A stretch of 59,306 nucleotides of DNA, filler included, from Sphacelaria rigidula (lineage: Eukaryota), in the NCBI GenBank assembly GCA_964200075.2. It is 8 parts of 8 records of this genome, joined end to end, with 100 filler letters (N's around TTAATTAATTAA, not from the genome) between each part and the next. Parts side by side here need not be neighbours in the genome. Positions count along the whole stretch, not along the records: positions 7,427 to 14,752 come from CAXNAA020015432.1; positions 14,853 to 22,178 come from CAXNAA020015433.1; positions 22,279 to 29,604 come from CAXNAA020015434.1; 5 more parts are not named here. One strand, 5' to 3'. Position numbers and translations under genes: made by a program. The notes below the pieces were generated by a model that made no database searches, was not told where the DNA came from, and saw nothing but the letters and a program-made list of their open reading frames with translations. Of the stretch, positions 10,801-23,602 are shown piece after piece; positions within the stretch are counted from its first letter, which is position 1; every line of letters starts with the position of its first letter.

Positions 10801-13800
10801 GCACGCGCAGCACAACAAATTGCCGGAGCGCACGGGATTACCGGGACACACCGGACAGGGTGTCGGCCACGCTTCCGTGGCACCACAAACCGCCTGTCCG
10901 CATGACAACGACACCCGTTTCCGCCTTTCGGGGGTATGCACGTCGGCCTGCCCAGCGTGCGGTTCTTCTGTAGAGGGGGGTGGCGCCGGCCGTTGCACCC
11001 CCAAGAGCAATCTTGGCAGCATTCCCGCGATACCTCCTCCTCGCGCCGTAGACTGTCGGCGACTACGTCGGCGGGTGCCGCCCGCTGCCGACAGAATGCG
11101 CTCGCCGACGGCGTCAGGTGTGCCATCGCTGGTGATACCCGGCGACGGTGCATCGCTGGAAGTGGCATCACGATCACTCCGCGCCAAGTGGGGTGAACGC
11201 TGGACCGCCGCGCCCCTCCTCTCATCCGCCGACATACAGCCGGGTGGGCAGGGGGGGGGGGAGGTGTTCCGCTTCCGCTACTGGAGATGACGGCTCCTCT
11301 TCGCCGATGCCCTCTGTTCCTCCGCTTCAATCGTTCCCAACTGCGGTCGATGGCATACACGGCGACAGCATAAGCAGCACGGGTGACATGCGGCGCGGGG
11401 GGAGGATCGTGATCGTCGCATCGACGGTATGTCAGTCACGCGGGCAGGAGTCGTACTCTATCAGCCGTGGGTCACAGCAATTTCTAATTATGGGTCGCAG
11501 CTATAGCTATGGCATATTCGGCATCAGACAGTCCGTATAGTAGGCCCTACGCACGATACCCAGTCACAATATTAGCTGCTGCACGGAGCTCGTTGTGCGT
11601 GGTGCAGATCGTAAACGGAACCTAGCGCACGGGCTGCGTTTGCTGCCGCGCGGATGACTTGAAAGCGCACGACTGCCGTTTGGTGAGTGCTGCATTCATC
11701 ATGTGGTTTAGCGAGACATGGTAGCCTTCCTTCGCCGACAGGTAGCTGTTGACAACTAGCACACGCCACGCAAGTTAGGACAAGGACAAGCGACATTTCG
11801 GCGCACTGGAAGTTTTATTTTTTCAGTCGGGCTACCAAGATTCTCCCGCACCAACATTAATCTCGGACCTCAGTTGTTCGCCTAGACTTTCCTCCATTGA
11901 ATTTTTGACACAGGACCCCAGCAGATCGCTTATCGGAATCTTAACTGGTGGAGCGCATGGTGCCTTGCAATCGCAAGCGGCTGATTGAGAATAAAGTGTG
12001 GCATCCACGCGTCGGAGCGGGCGCGAGCGTTCTTGCCGAGGGGTGTCGTATACGACACACGGGATTTTACTAATTGGGGGTGGAGGTTTCATCGAGGATG
12101 AAAACCCGGAGAATTACAAGCTTCGTATCCACACAATATCTTCGAGGTACGGGTCAATTTCTTCACTTGCTGGTAGCTATTGACAACGACTGCACACCCA
12201 ACTAAGCAGGATTGATTACAATGACCGAAATATCGGGCTCCTAGGTGAAGAAACATTTTTGGCGTTCGATCGTACACCTCAAGTCCCCCAATATTGATAA
12301 TCTTGGACCCCGACATTCCGGTTATGGAGATCCAAATTTGTACGGCGTGTAGTACTTGTCAACTGCCACCAGCAAGTGAAGACATGGAATCGTGATTGGG
12401 AGATTCGGTGTTGGTACGAATATTTTATTTCTCCGGGTTTTCATCTCCAATAGAACATCCATTCCCAATTTGTAAAATCCCGTGTTACCATGCAAACCTC
12501 CAGCGTGGAATTCCATCATGCATTCAATCAAAATCAAGTTCTATTTGTACCGAAATGGCTCCATGCCATCACACCTGTTCAGACCCCAATGGTGAAACTA
12601 CAGCCGTACTTACACGAATCAGAGCGGGTGCGAACGGTTCATGTTGCGGGGTGTCATGCAAATCTCCATCGTGAAATTCACTCATGGATCCAGTCAAACT
12701 CGTCATCTATTTACACCGAAATGCAACCCTGCCGTCACACGTGTTGAGGCCCCAACGGTGGAATAAAGTACGGAAGGCGAATGGCGTATTTTGGTAAGCA
12801 CGATCTCCTCTAAACCCGGCCCGCCTTGTCATAGCGGCACACCCGCGCAGTCACGGCTGCTGAACCGAAAATGATCGACGGCATCGTAGGCGGGAACCCC
12901 AACAGTCGGACTCGTCTTTTCGTACTTTGTTCACACCCACGACAGATTGCGCCCGCTGATATGCAGAGAAATGCGTGCTTGTTGGGAAGGACGATGCTCG
13001 GTCGCAGGACAGAAGCGTTTATGTCTATATGTCGGGACTATCCCGACCGTAATTCTTTGAACATTTATCATAGGGGTGTTGATCACCGTATGGTATTGGA
13101 AAATGTCCGACTTGCAGCTGCAGAGGTCACGCAGAGTTACACTGACGCTGGTGCTGCGATCAGGGAAACGTCCTCGCCCTGCACAGTGATAGAATCGTAC
13201 ACGTTAATCGAACAATACTATTCGTGTGCAACTCGCTCGTACCGCGGTCATCGCGGTGCGAGTGCAGGACTGCATCCTCTTCTCCTTGAAGAGCACCTAA
13301 CACATCTGAACTGCACCGCCAAAAATTGGACGCCGCACGGCGCCGAACGTTCCCGCGTGATACATGCAGCAGGAATCAAAGGTCGCTGTCGCTAGAGCAC
13401 AGACCACGCTACAGATTGTGGCGTCGGGTTTGCGTTACCTAACCCTACGTCACATGAGCACCACCGCATACGCTCCGAGGGGGTGTTATTTGCGAAGCCT
13501 TAAGATTGGATTGTACTGCAGTGTCAAATCTGGCATGCGCAACATGAGGGACCCATGTGCGCTTTAGGCCGGAAATCACGAGTGCATTGTGGACATAAAC
13601 TACTGTAACATGGCGATATGCGCCGTTGCATGGCACAGCGCGCCGCACCGCAGCGAACACGCTGCAGCCTCCTTGTACATGCCAACTCCTTCCCACACTG
13701 CACACTCAACGCCCTGGCCTTCAACAGACGATACGCAGCAAGTACACGCCAACAGCAGGTGATCGCTTCACAGACTTGTCCTGCTTAACATGACGCGTAC

Positions 13801-15720
13801 ACATATCGGACAAACAATTATTCCCAAGTACGCGGCAACATACCTTCTTGCTCATCCGCCCGAGATTCGCGCGTCCCAACCTCTGTAGCGCCAGTTATCC
13901 GTGCTGATGTGGAGTCCTCTCTCCCAAAAAAAATTGCTCTCTTCGCACCGTATTAGACGCCTTGGAGCATGACCGTCTCGATGTGTTTTTTCCATGGATG
14001 ATTGATTAAACGCCACAAAAATCCCTCGATAATATTGAAAAGGAATAACACTGCATTACTGGGGTGCAGCACCGTCACGGAATATGTTGCACGCACGGCC
14101 CAATTCGACGAGTCTTGAGCTGAAATTTCAGGAAGACCTTCTGCACCCAAGTAACTGATACGTTCCGTGAGCAGCAGCAGATTCTACTTATTCCCCTGGA
14201 CTTATGGCGTAATCATGCGTTTTCGTAAATATAAAAATCCCCATAACTTCCCTATATTTTTGTCGGATGAAATATATTGAATTGATGTGAAGACTTGAAG
14301 CCACTGGGATAAAATATACCGAAGTAATGTGAATACTTAAAACCATACGGAAGGGGAAAACCCAGGGTATGGGAGGGACACTCCTTCGCGGAGGCATTGA
14401 TACTATAGCGCGGGGAATGTACAACAAACGCGAGGAAGACACAACATGTACAGACAAGTTTCGTGTGGGAACGGAATTGGTGTCTACCTCTACATACAAT
14501 GTCTATGCAATGACCACCTGCTACTTACCCACGCCATGCTGCTTGCAGTTTGCAGCGCTGTATACTGGTTTGGTCTAGACTACACTTTTGCGTTATCGTG
14601 TAATTTTGGGCAAATGATCACCAATCAATTTTTGACCTGTGCCAGGTTCAAAGCTTCTAAATATTGCTCACACCACAGCTTCCCCAGTTTCCCGAATGAA
14701 CCCGATGTAAGCATATCACTGTGAACTGCTGACCCACCTGATGAGAAAGGACNNNNNNNNNNNNNNNNNNNNNNNNNNNNNNNNNNNNNNNNNNNNTTAA
14801 TTAATTAANNNNNNNNNNNNNNNNNNNNNNNNNNNNNNNNNNNNNNNNNNNNACATGCAACGCCTTCGATGTGTTTTCTGACAGCCGTCATGTTCAAGTC
14901 CGCAGCGTACCACCTGATTTGTGGGGGTTCTTCCCACCCACCGTGTTCACCACACACGGTACTTGACCCTGCTATACGCGGATGTTCGGCTTCTCCACTT
15001 GACAGCGGTTATCACGATATCTTTCTTTACGCAGGGGGAGCACTATACGCTGAGATATCCTTGCTGGCATGCACGCGATGTTGGCTGAAACATGATGAAA
15101 AAAAGCGACGGAATCACGACTTCTCTCTATTTTCAGTATAAAATTCAAAAACTACGGATCTTGAAAATATCAGACGCTAACTTCTGTAGCACGGACAGCT
15201 CCAGCTTGCGCGGTTACCTGTACCTCCGTTTGGGCTAAAATATGTGGTGATGCACCCACTTCTGCGTTTTGCCCAGAAAAAAAACAAAATGATTCACTCG
15301 TTTGAGCATGAATCGAAACCGTATTTGAGCATGGACAGTCAGCTCTGAAATAATGAAACAGATAAACAACATGAACAGTCAGAACCATCTTCAAAATCAA
15401 ATTCATTTCAATTCTTCCTCTCGATGAAACGGGGCAAAGGTGCTGGTGTGTTGCTGTGAGGATATCACATTCAGGGGTACCCACAGCCTGCACGGCTTGA
15501 CCCCAGCACTCCTTGCGGTGTCTTCGGTCTGCAAATACCCAAAGCACTCAACCCGTGATACTGTAACTTCAGATCGCAAGGTTCAACCACCAAATCCCAA
15601 TTCTAACGTGTCCGTATTTAGTACACTATCTACGGTAGTTTCCGTCTCAGAACGCGAAACCGGCTTTCATGTGCGGCAAGAGACGGTAGCCGCTCAGACG
15701 ATACAAGATAGCTATTGAAA

Positions 15721-16240
15721 TCATCTTGATCACACAGAGATGCGTCCTATGATGTGAGAGTCGCACTGTGGACGTACATCAGCCTTATGCGATCGATCGA
15801 TTAATCCATCGGTGTACAGATGGCCGTAACAGGGTCGTATTCAATCGAGGATCTGCCGAAGATGGGCGTTTCTCCTGTCGTCTGAAAGAGCAACATCGAA
15901 TTGTGGATGCCGCAGGCGGCGACAGCTGCTCCAAAGACAAGGGGGATCTCACACAACCCTCTTGCCTACGCAGAGAGGCTTGGAGTGGCGCGCGATCCGC
16001 ACTGTGAGCTGATACCGGTATACACATGACTGTAACAGGATTGCATTCGATGTAGGATCTGGGGCAGGTTCGGCATTTCTCCTGTTATATGTCGTCTGAA
16101 TCCTCAGCCTCGAGCTTGGCATGCCGTAGGAGCCGATAGTTTCTCGAAAAACATAACATGGGAGAGCTCACGAAATCATCTTGCCTGCACAGAAATACAT
16201 CGAGTGGCGCGCGATCGGGACTGTGAGCTGACACCAGCTT
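15721..16240. repeat. Degenerate local repeats (~220-240-bp period)
   Basis: TCTTGCCT.C.CAGA...GAGTGGCGCGCGATC...ACTGTGAGCTGA.ACC near 15960-16017 and 16180-16235, with a weaker copy at 15721. Confidence 0.6.
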
Positions 16241-18739
16241 CGAGACTCACGAGATCAAGGGGAGACCAATGTTAATAAGAACGACGTGTCATGAGGAAGG
16301 AACATAGAGAGGCGTTATTTGTTCCTTCAGACAGTTTTGGGGCAGGTTGACTTACAGATTAGCCGATCTGTTCATGGGATTAATCCCATAGTTTCGAGGC
16401 AGGTTAGGTTACAGATTATCCGATCAGTTCATGGGATTACTCCCAGAGTTTGGGGGGGAAGATTGACATACAGACTGGTGTACCCCAGCCCCGAGGAGGA
16501 GGAACGCCTTCTCGGACCTAGGTCAGATAGGTTGTGTTACGTGCACCCTCGATCACTCTCTGAGCTGCCCTCTGAGCTGGACCATCTGCTCCTACTGCTG
16601 ACCTTTGGTGAGAACAGTACGCTAGGCGAGCAAGAGAATAATAAGCGAGAGTTACAAGATATCAAGCCTCCGAGCGTTTTTTGTCTGTTTGCTGCTGTTG
16701 ACCACCAGCCACGTGAACCTGTGTGTGTGAAACACATGTCTCTCGGACACATCATTGCACCTTGTGCATAGCTTGCAGCACATTGATCTATCAAGGAAGG
16801 TGTGTGGAGTCTGTTCATACCTACCCTTATCGAACTGGCGTTGACTTAATTGGTCGTGTCTTGCTTGGCTTTTGAGTAGCCTTTCCCTCCTATTCTTGTA
16901 GCCTCGTTGCCTTTTTAGCTGTCTCTTTCTGTAGCCCTCGTTTACTGCCCCTCACTTTTGGTTGCCCTGTAGTTTTCCTTTTTCTGGTGGCAGTATTCAC
17001 AGTCCCTCGTTTTCATTTAGCTTTTAGAGTGTTTTTTTTTTTTGCTGTGTTACAGTGCTGCTTTTCTGCATCCCCTCAGTTGCATTTCGGCCGCAGCAGC
17101 CACAATTGCGCCTCCACCGCTGGCACACTCTGTTTTTTGTCCTTCTTTTGCTTTGGTCGCTCCTTTTGCTGAGCTCGCACTCTTAATCTGTAGTGCCCTT
17201 GCTCCCTTGTCATTGTACTCCTGCTCCGCATCGCTCGACGAATACGTCCAGCGCTGTATCAGATTGTTTGTTGTGCCCCTTGCAGGCAGTTAACATTATA
17301 CCTTAGTGGACAGATCCAAAACGCGCCGCTTGTACCTTACGGCGCAAGCGACTATCCGTTTATCCTTGCAGGACGTTGACACTTATGTGCCGCTGCTGTG
17401 TCTACGTAAGTGTCCCCTCACTCTTGACACTGGCTGTTTTAGTGTTTTGGTTCACCGCTTGCAACCCACACGCTTACTTTTTCGGTGAAACTGCGTAGGT
17501 CGTAACTGCCGCTCCACCGTGTCGCAGTACTGTAGTGCACATTATCTGTTCTTCCGCGTGACAATCTGCCCTAACACAATTGTCAATTACCGGTGCTGTA
17601 CTTCTGTCACCGCACCCTCCATTAAGTTTCTACAACACCCCAGCCCCGCTTCTAAATCTTTCGCTAGCTGTGCACTGCGCGATCCACTTTTCATCTTTGG
17701 GCTGTGTATTACGCGACGCGCTTTTCATCTTTTGTGTGTGTACTAGGGGATACATTTTTCATATTTCGCGTGTGTACTACGTGACACATTTCCCTCTTTT
17801 GGTTAAGGTTACTTGATCCGCCCATGGTCACACCCTACGTGTTCCACCTTTTCCTCTTTGGCGGTGTACTTCCTAGTTCGTTTTACGATTTACTGTTGCT
17901 TTGTTTAGAAATTTCGTACCCCCTGTAGTCGTTTCAGGTTGGCGCCTGATCTGCACCACCATTAGTGTTTCAGTCGGCTGCTACGGCTGTCTCCTCTTCG
18001 ACCCCTGCGCTTGACTTCAGTGTTTCGCACCCTCGCTGCCGCCCTTTTGATTCTCTTTCTGTGTTGAATTCCAAAGCAATTTACACATCGCCTTCACTTT
18101 GGCCACGTGATCTACACTAATCTTCGTGTTTACCTTCGCGATCTCGAGTTGTGTTTTTCTACACTTCCTGTGTGCGGTGTCTTCCTTGCACCATTGAAGT
18201 ACCCTTGTGCAGTGTGTGCCTGGCCACTGAAGTACCCCTGCTGTATTTGACGTGCACAGTGCGCCCGTCGGACATCTGTCCGGGTGTCTGCCTCCTTTCA
18301 CAGTCGCCTCTTGGTTAGGTTTTACTTTTGCACCAAACCTTTCTTGCGACAACTATTGTTTTTGTCTGTAAGTTTGTTCCTTTTCGACTATTAATACCTG
18401 TGGCACACCTTCAGTGCGCCTTCCTGCGGTCCCCCATACACGGTTTCCCCTACAAGTGTCGTATTTCTGCCGCAGTTCCTCCCTTTTCGGCGTTTAGCTT
18501 CAGTTCTTCATCCTTTGCTCTGCTGTCTGCCCTTTCGGTACTTAAAAATTGCCGAGAATACGCTGATTGTTATTATCACAGCAGTTTACTGTACTTTGGT
18601 ATACCCATCTTGAAAAGCATTGTATTCTTTACTGCTCAATGTTTCGGTACTTGCATTTCGAGCTTGCACTACCTGCTTTTGTTACACCAGCCTATTGTAC
18701 TCTGGTGTTTAGCGTCCATTTCTACCTTTTCAATTTAAT

Positions 18740-21700
18740 ATGACGCAATCGAAGGAAATATTTCTCCACTCGGCCCTTCCTCCTCACACACCTTTACACC
18801 GTCAGCGTTTTCTTTCATCACTTCTTCCAAAACCGTTCATTCTTCCTTCTCCTGTACACGAAGAAGTAAAATCCGACAGAGCTTCGCCACTCTACTGTGG
18901 CGACTACACGTCTCAAGACTTGGCTTCTACTGGTGACCACGACCGCCATTTGTCCAAGACTTCCAACATGATCGACAAGTCGCTACGCGCTCGCTCTGTT
19001 GCGAAACGCACACCGTCCGAGACTTCCGACTTGATCGACGAGTCGCCACGAGCTCGCTCTGTCGCGAACCGTCCACTGTCCAAGACTTCCAACATGATTG
19101 ACGAGTCGCTACGCGCTCGCTCTGTTGTGAAACGCACACCGTCTCGGGGTTCCAACATGATCGACGAGTCGCCAAGCGTTTCCACTGTGGTGAAACGCAA
19201 ACCGCTCCAGGCTTCCGCCGCGGCTATCGTCTCACTCCGCGCTCGCGGTGTTGACGAGCGGCACTCGTCCATGCCTTCCGACGTTTTCGGCACGTGGTAC
19301 AACGGTTCCGATGCCTTACCACGCCCGCGACGACACGACAGACATCGTGAGGATACTTCTGTTCGCCAGCCCTCGCGCCGAACATCCTCCTCGCGTCTTG
19401 GCCGCTCAGAAGAGCCTTCCACCGGGCACTTGCCTTTAGTCACGGCTCTTGAGCACTTGCTCCGTTCATCACCGACTGTCATTTCTGATGGTCCGGCGAC
19501 AACTGCCCTCCCACAAGCGCCTGCGGCCGCGTTTCACACAGCCGTTCAACATTCGGCGTCTTCAGATCATGTTCACTTTAACCGTAGTGCGAACCAACGG
19601 TCCTCTGTCCCAACATCTGCAGATCCTGATGATGCACCTTCGACCTCACATGTTCCCTCTGATTTGGATTCGGATGGTGACGACATTGTCCACCATTGTG
19701 ATAGTACTACTCATGTCCATGACGTACGTGCTCTGTTATCAGGATTATCACCAACCACGGAATCCCCACGACCTAAATCTGTCGATCGAACCCATGTGAG
19801 CTCATGGCTGCTCGTGGATGCTTCGTAGACGCACCTTCACGCACCTATACGCGACGGACGCAGCACTAATCGTGTCCTTCCGCCCCATCCTGATGCTGCC
19901 ACTGTGCGTGCGGTGGAATGATAAATTGCAGATCCTCGTCGATACCTGCGATTTACTTCCACCATAGCTAACAACCCGGCACCTTCGACCACCGCTCCTA
20001 TCGCGGCAACCTCAACTACTGCGACTGCGGACATCGATACAGATGCTGAGAGCATCCGTGTCACGCCCCCCGCCCCCCGCGCGGCGGCAACTGCAGCTCC
20101 CGACACAGCGGCTACGGGTGACACCCCTGTCACGGCCACTCATGCGGGATCGGACACTTCGCCGCAGGATGCTACTGCCACGGGTTCGGCTCCGGCGGCT
20201 GCACCAGGGTCTCTCACGGACGACCGCCCCCTGTTGGGCGTCGAGCATTGCCCTCCGGGCGTCCTACCCCGGCTCTGGTTGCGTGGTCCCCGCTCAGACC
20301 AAGAGCAAATACTCGCTGAGTACCAGGCAATGCAACCGGCCACGCCCCATGCGCCACCCTCACCCCGTCAATCGGCGGAGGCCGCTGCTCATAATCTCCT
20401 TCTCGACGACTTCACAGCACGTCTCACGCGCCAACGTCGAGCCGTCGACTCGGCGACCAGCCGCCAGCAGGCGACCCAGGAGACTTCGAATGAACGTCTC
20501 GCTGCGTTTGAAAAGATGCGTGACTCCATTCGGCGCGATGAACAACGTCTGCGCCAATACACTGTGGCCACGGCCACCGCCACCTCGGCTCTACACTCTT
20601 TGGAACAGGAGCAACACCTCCCTCTTCTGAGGACAATGCCGACAGCGTCAGCGCCTGCGCCTAATTCTGCACTTACAGGCTCAGCGGATATCCGTCAGCC
20701 CTCGCGCCCGTACGCTGCTGCTGCGGCCCCTACAGCCTCGCCTGCGCGCACTTCACCAGCGCAACCGCAGGTCCCTCAGGCCTCCATGCCCCCTGCCCTC
20801 ACACCTTGGCTCCGCCTTCAGGCAGCGAACGTTTTTGGCTTTCTTGGACGCTCCGCCAACGTTCGGGCAATTGCCACCGCAACAACGTTCTCCGCGCCTC
20901 CGAGCAGGCTTGGCGCTCGCTCACCCTGCCCATTAACAGTGTGTTCGTCCCTTTCCTTCAGCAAGGGGGACAACTGCCGAAAAACGATCCGAGCGCTCTC
21001 ACCATTGAACGCCTCGTACTTTGCCTTACGATCGGTACCGGGAACAATCGCCCAACTTACGAGACCGCCGTCGTTGCCCTTTTCACTGCTGTGTGTGCCG
21101 CCCATAACACGCTACCACCCGACGATGCTGATGACTGGATCACACCCCACCCCTCTTATCACCGTCGTAATGACGACGATTTCGACGACGACCAACCCGG
21201 CGCCGAACCACGCCGCGGACAGGGAACCAACCGTAAGACAACAACGGTCGACGTACAACCCGGGGCAGCCATAAACGCTCTGGCAACCAGTCTTCAAGCT
21301 CGTCTACATCCAGACACCGTCAGTATGCCTCAACGCGATCCGCGCGGCCGTCACCGGTCGTCAGGCAAGTAACGCCTCCTTTAGCAGATGCATCTGCTCG
21401 CCTTCTAGATCTTTCGGATAGTGATAGTGACAATTCGGCTCGCCCATTGTCTTCTACCTCGGCTCGGCCACTAGCTGCCGCTGACAAAGCCGCTTCCGAT
21501 ACTCGTAGAGAAGCATCTCGTGTCGCTGCAATCAAGCGTGAGTACTTACAGATGGATGTTAAGAAACTCTGGCATATCAAAACCATGTCTACTGCAGATA
21601 ATGAGGACTCTGGTCAGTTTACATCCGCTCTTATTTCCTCAATGCGTCGAACTATGCGCAACATCCTTGAGTTGGCTGACGCAACTGGACAACAACGTTT

Positions 21701-22082
21701 CGAAGACTCTGACTGGATTGATGGATGAAAAACCCCGTTACATAAGGCTTTGCATCGCTCAATCAGCCGTCGCTGCCCTGACGTCGCTGCCTCCTTGACG
21801 CAGTTTCTCGACCCCTTCTTCCAAGCAATGGATCAAGATTGTGCCGGCAGGCAAACAGCGCCGCTACTATTCGGCAATTTGGAAAGGCGCATCATAAGCT
21901 ATTTTGATAAGTCCGATCAGGCCGGCGCCATCAAGCGCCTCAGTTCCTTCGCCGTGGCAACATACGTGCCCTTTACTGACTACCTACGCGAATTCAAGCT
22001 TTTGGTGTCTAGTGTAACTGGTACTGGCCGACAGAATGGCCCTAGCGATGTTATATGTCAGACATATGTTAGAGTCATCCTA
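18740..22082 (+). pseudogene. Decayed ~1100-codon ORF with a gag-like C-terminal region
   Basis: ORFs 18740 and 20234 share a frame, separated only by stops at ~19826 and ~19919-19924. Frameshifts lead to ORF 20806 and then to 21447/21750 (same frame), ending RIISYFDKSDQAGAIKRLSSF...PFTDYLREFKLLVSSV, which resembles a retrotransposon gag helix pattern. Confidence 0.6.
18950..19280 (+). repeat. 60-bp in-frame tandem repeat (20-aa unit, alternating 120-bp dimer)
   Basis: SKTSNMIDKSLRARSVAKRTP / SETSDLIDESPRARSVANRPL / SKTSNMIDESLRARSVVKRTP / SRGSNMIDESP... Confidence 0.9.
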
Positions 22083-22178
22083 CGATAGGGGGGGGGGGGG
22101 GGGGGGGGGTTTGGGTGGAAGAAAAAAAAGGCTCAAAAGTGTGTCGGCCTTCCTCCCCCACTTGGGGTGCGTTTCTTT
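22083..22178. mobile_element. MITE family B, left end (contig break after poly-G)
   Basis: TA|CGATAG(G)n followed by sequence resembling 37141-37210; it interrupts the gag-like ORF. Confidence 0.6.
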
Positions 22179-23352
22179 NNNNNNNNNNNNNNNNNNNNNN
22201 NNNNNNNNNNNNNNNNNNNNNNTTAATTAATTAANNNNNNNNNNNNNNNNNNNNNNNNNNNNNNNNNNNNNNNNNNNNATTCACTGATTGACCGCTTTTC
22301 ACTCTCAATCGTATCATCTACTCTCAATCTCACGAAAACACTGTTACGTGTCGATGACGACATCACCAGAGAGAGAAGCAACGACAGAGAGGAAGCTCCT
22401 TGTCCGTGTCCTCTGTGTGTCCTCGCTCGGCGATTACCAATCGCTCGAGAGACTGGCATCATGCATGTTACCAGCATGTACCGAATTTCTCATGTGCCGG
22501 TAGGCACGTTATATTGCTGCGCACAGTCCCCCAAAGAACATCGAGGTGCGGAGGGATATCGTCTCGTCTTGTCTGTGGAGCTCACCAATGCGAAGATCAA
22601 TTTCTCTCTGCCTCTTTTTGGGCAGGGCGTGCCTCTGTGCGCTGAAAAACATGTCGTGGAAAACCAGGGCAATGATCCCGTCACCGCTACTGTTCTCTGT
22701 GACACACATGCCAGCAAGGACGGTGTTGCTGCGGCAACAACATATCTAATTTGAACTTGGGGGGTGTCATTCATCGTTGATTGTACCCGACATGTGACCA
22801 TCTGGGTGCCCGATCACAAGAGCGTGCGACACGCCAGTTGGGGGGGAAGGGGGGATGTATGAGAGACCAAACACTCGTGGAGACCTTCTTGACATGCGGA
22901 GTGAAATACAATACATATTGTGATGATCTAATTGCTGCTAGCGTGGTGCAGAGAGGTGCGTCCATGCTGCAACCTGGAGCACACACAGGCTGCGTGAACA
23001 CCTCGGTCCAGCAGCGTACCAGAATTAATTTCGATGTGAGGAGGTCATGCATCACAAGCTGGGGCGAGATATGACCTCACAAGCAACAAGAGTGCTCTAC
23101 GACCAACCACTTGTCGTTGCATTTGGCATCCACGCCATCAACCGCCGACCGCAAAGGTCTTGTGGCCTTCAAGCGACGCTGGCGGCAGTACGGCAAGCAA
23201 ACCCGATCATAGCTAGCTTTCGTTGCTCTACTGTACTGACCGCCGTCTGCACGGAGGTCACCCACCGTAACAAGCCGAATTTCGCAAAAGCTGTAAAAAC
23301 GGAACAGTTGAAGTTTCTCAACTACCTCCACATGATTGAAAGGACTCTTGTG

Positions 23353-23602
23353 GTCTGAGGGGAAGTGGCCGCTTTGGGTCCGACCAAACGTTCGTAGATA
23401 CTGTCGAAGAACAATACCATACTCTGCTGGTGTTGACATACCGTAATCAATACAGAACTGAACAGAAATCGACAATTTGACGCTGTTATTACAAAGCAAC
23501 GTGCATAAAACAATTTGCAGGTGGGAAAACGCGGATTTTCATAGAGGAAAAACTCTCCGTTCCTCCGTCAGTGTTACATGCACTTGAAAAACCTCCCCCG
23601 TC
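23353..23602. mobile_element. MITE family D, diverged copy
   Basis: Colinear with 44225-44456 (CCGCTTTGGGTCCG...AGATACTGTCGAA...AAATCGACAATTT...GAGGA.AAACTCT...TACATGC); right end ACCTCCCCCGTC|TA. Confidence 0.7.

Larger units (their letters stand above)
16270..22082 (+). mobile_element. 5' part of a large LTR retrotransposon (LTR, PBS-like site, ~1.9-kb leader, long decayed gag-like ORF)
   Basis: TGTTAATAAG at 16270 is imperfectly inverted to CTTATCGAAC at 16826-16835 and followed by TGGCG at 16836. A T-rich leader and a long decayed ORF follow. No pol or second LTR is present in the contig. Confidence 0.5.

Noticed and set aside
12871-13395. 174-aa ORF as a gene
   Set aside because: No recognisable motif, splice context or homology can be supported from the sequence alone.
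14738-14752. Hammerhead ribozyme core CTGATGAG
   Set aside because: The contig ends before stem II and GAAA could be seen, and no upstream NUH plus stem I was found.
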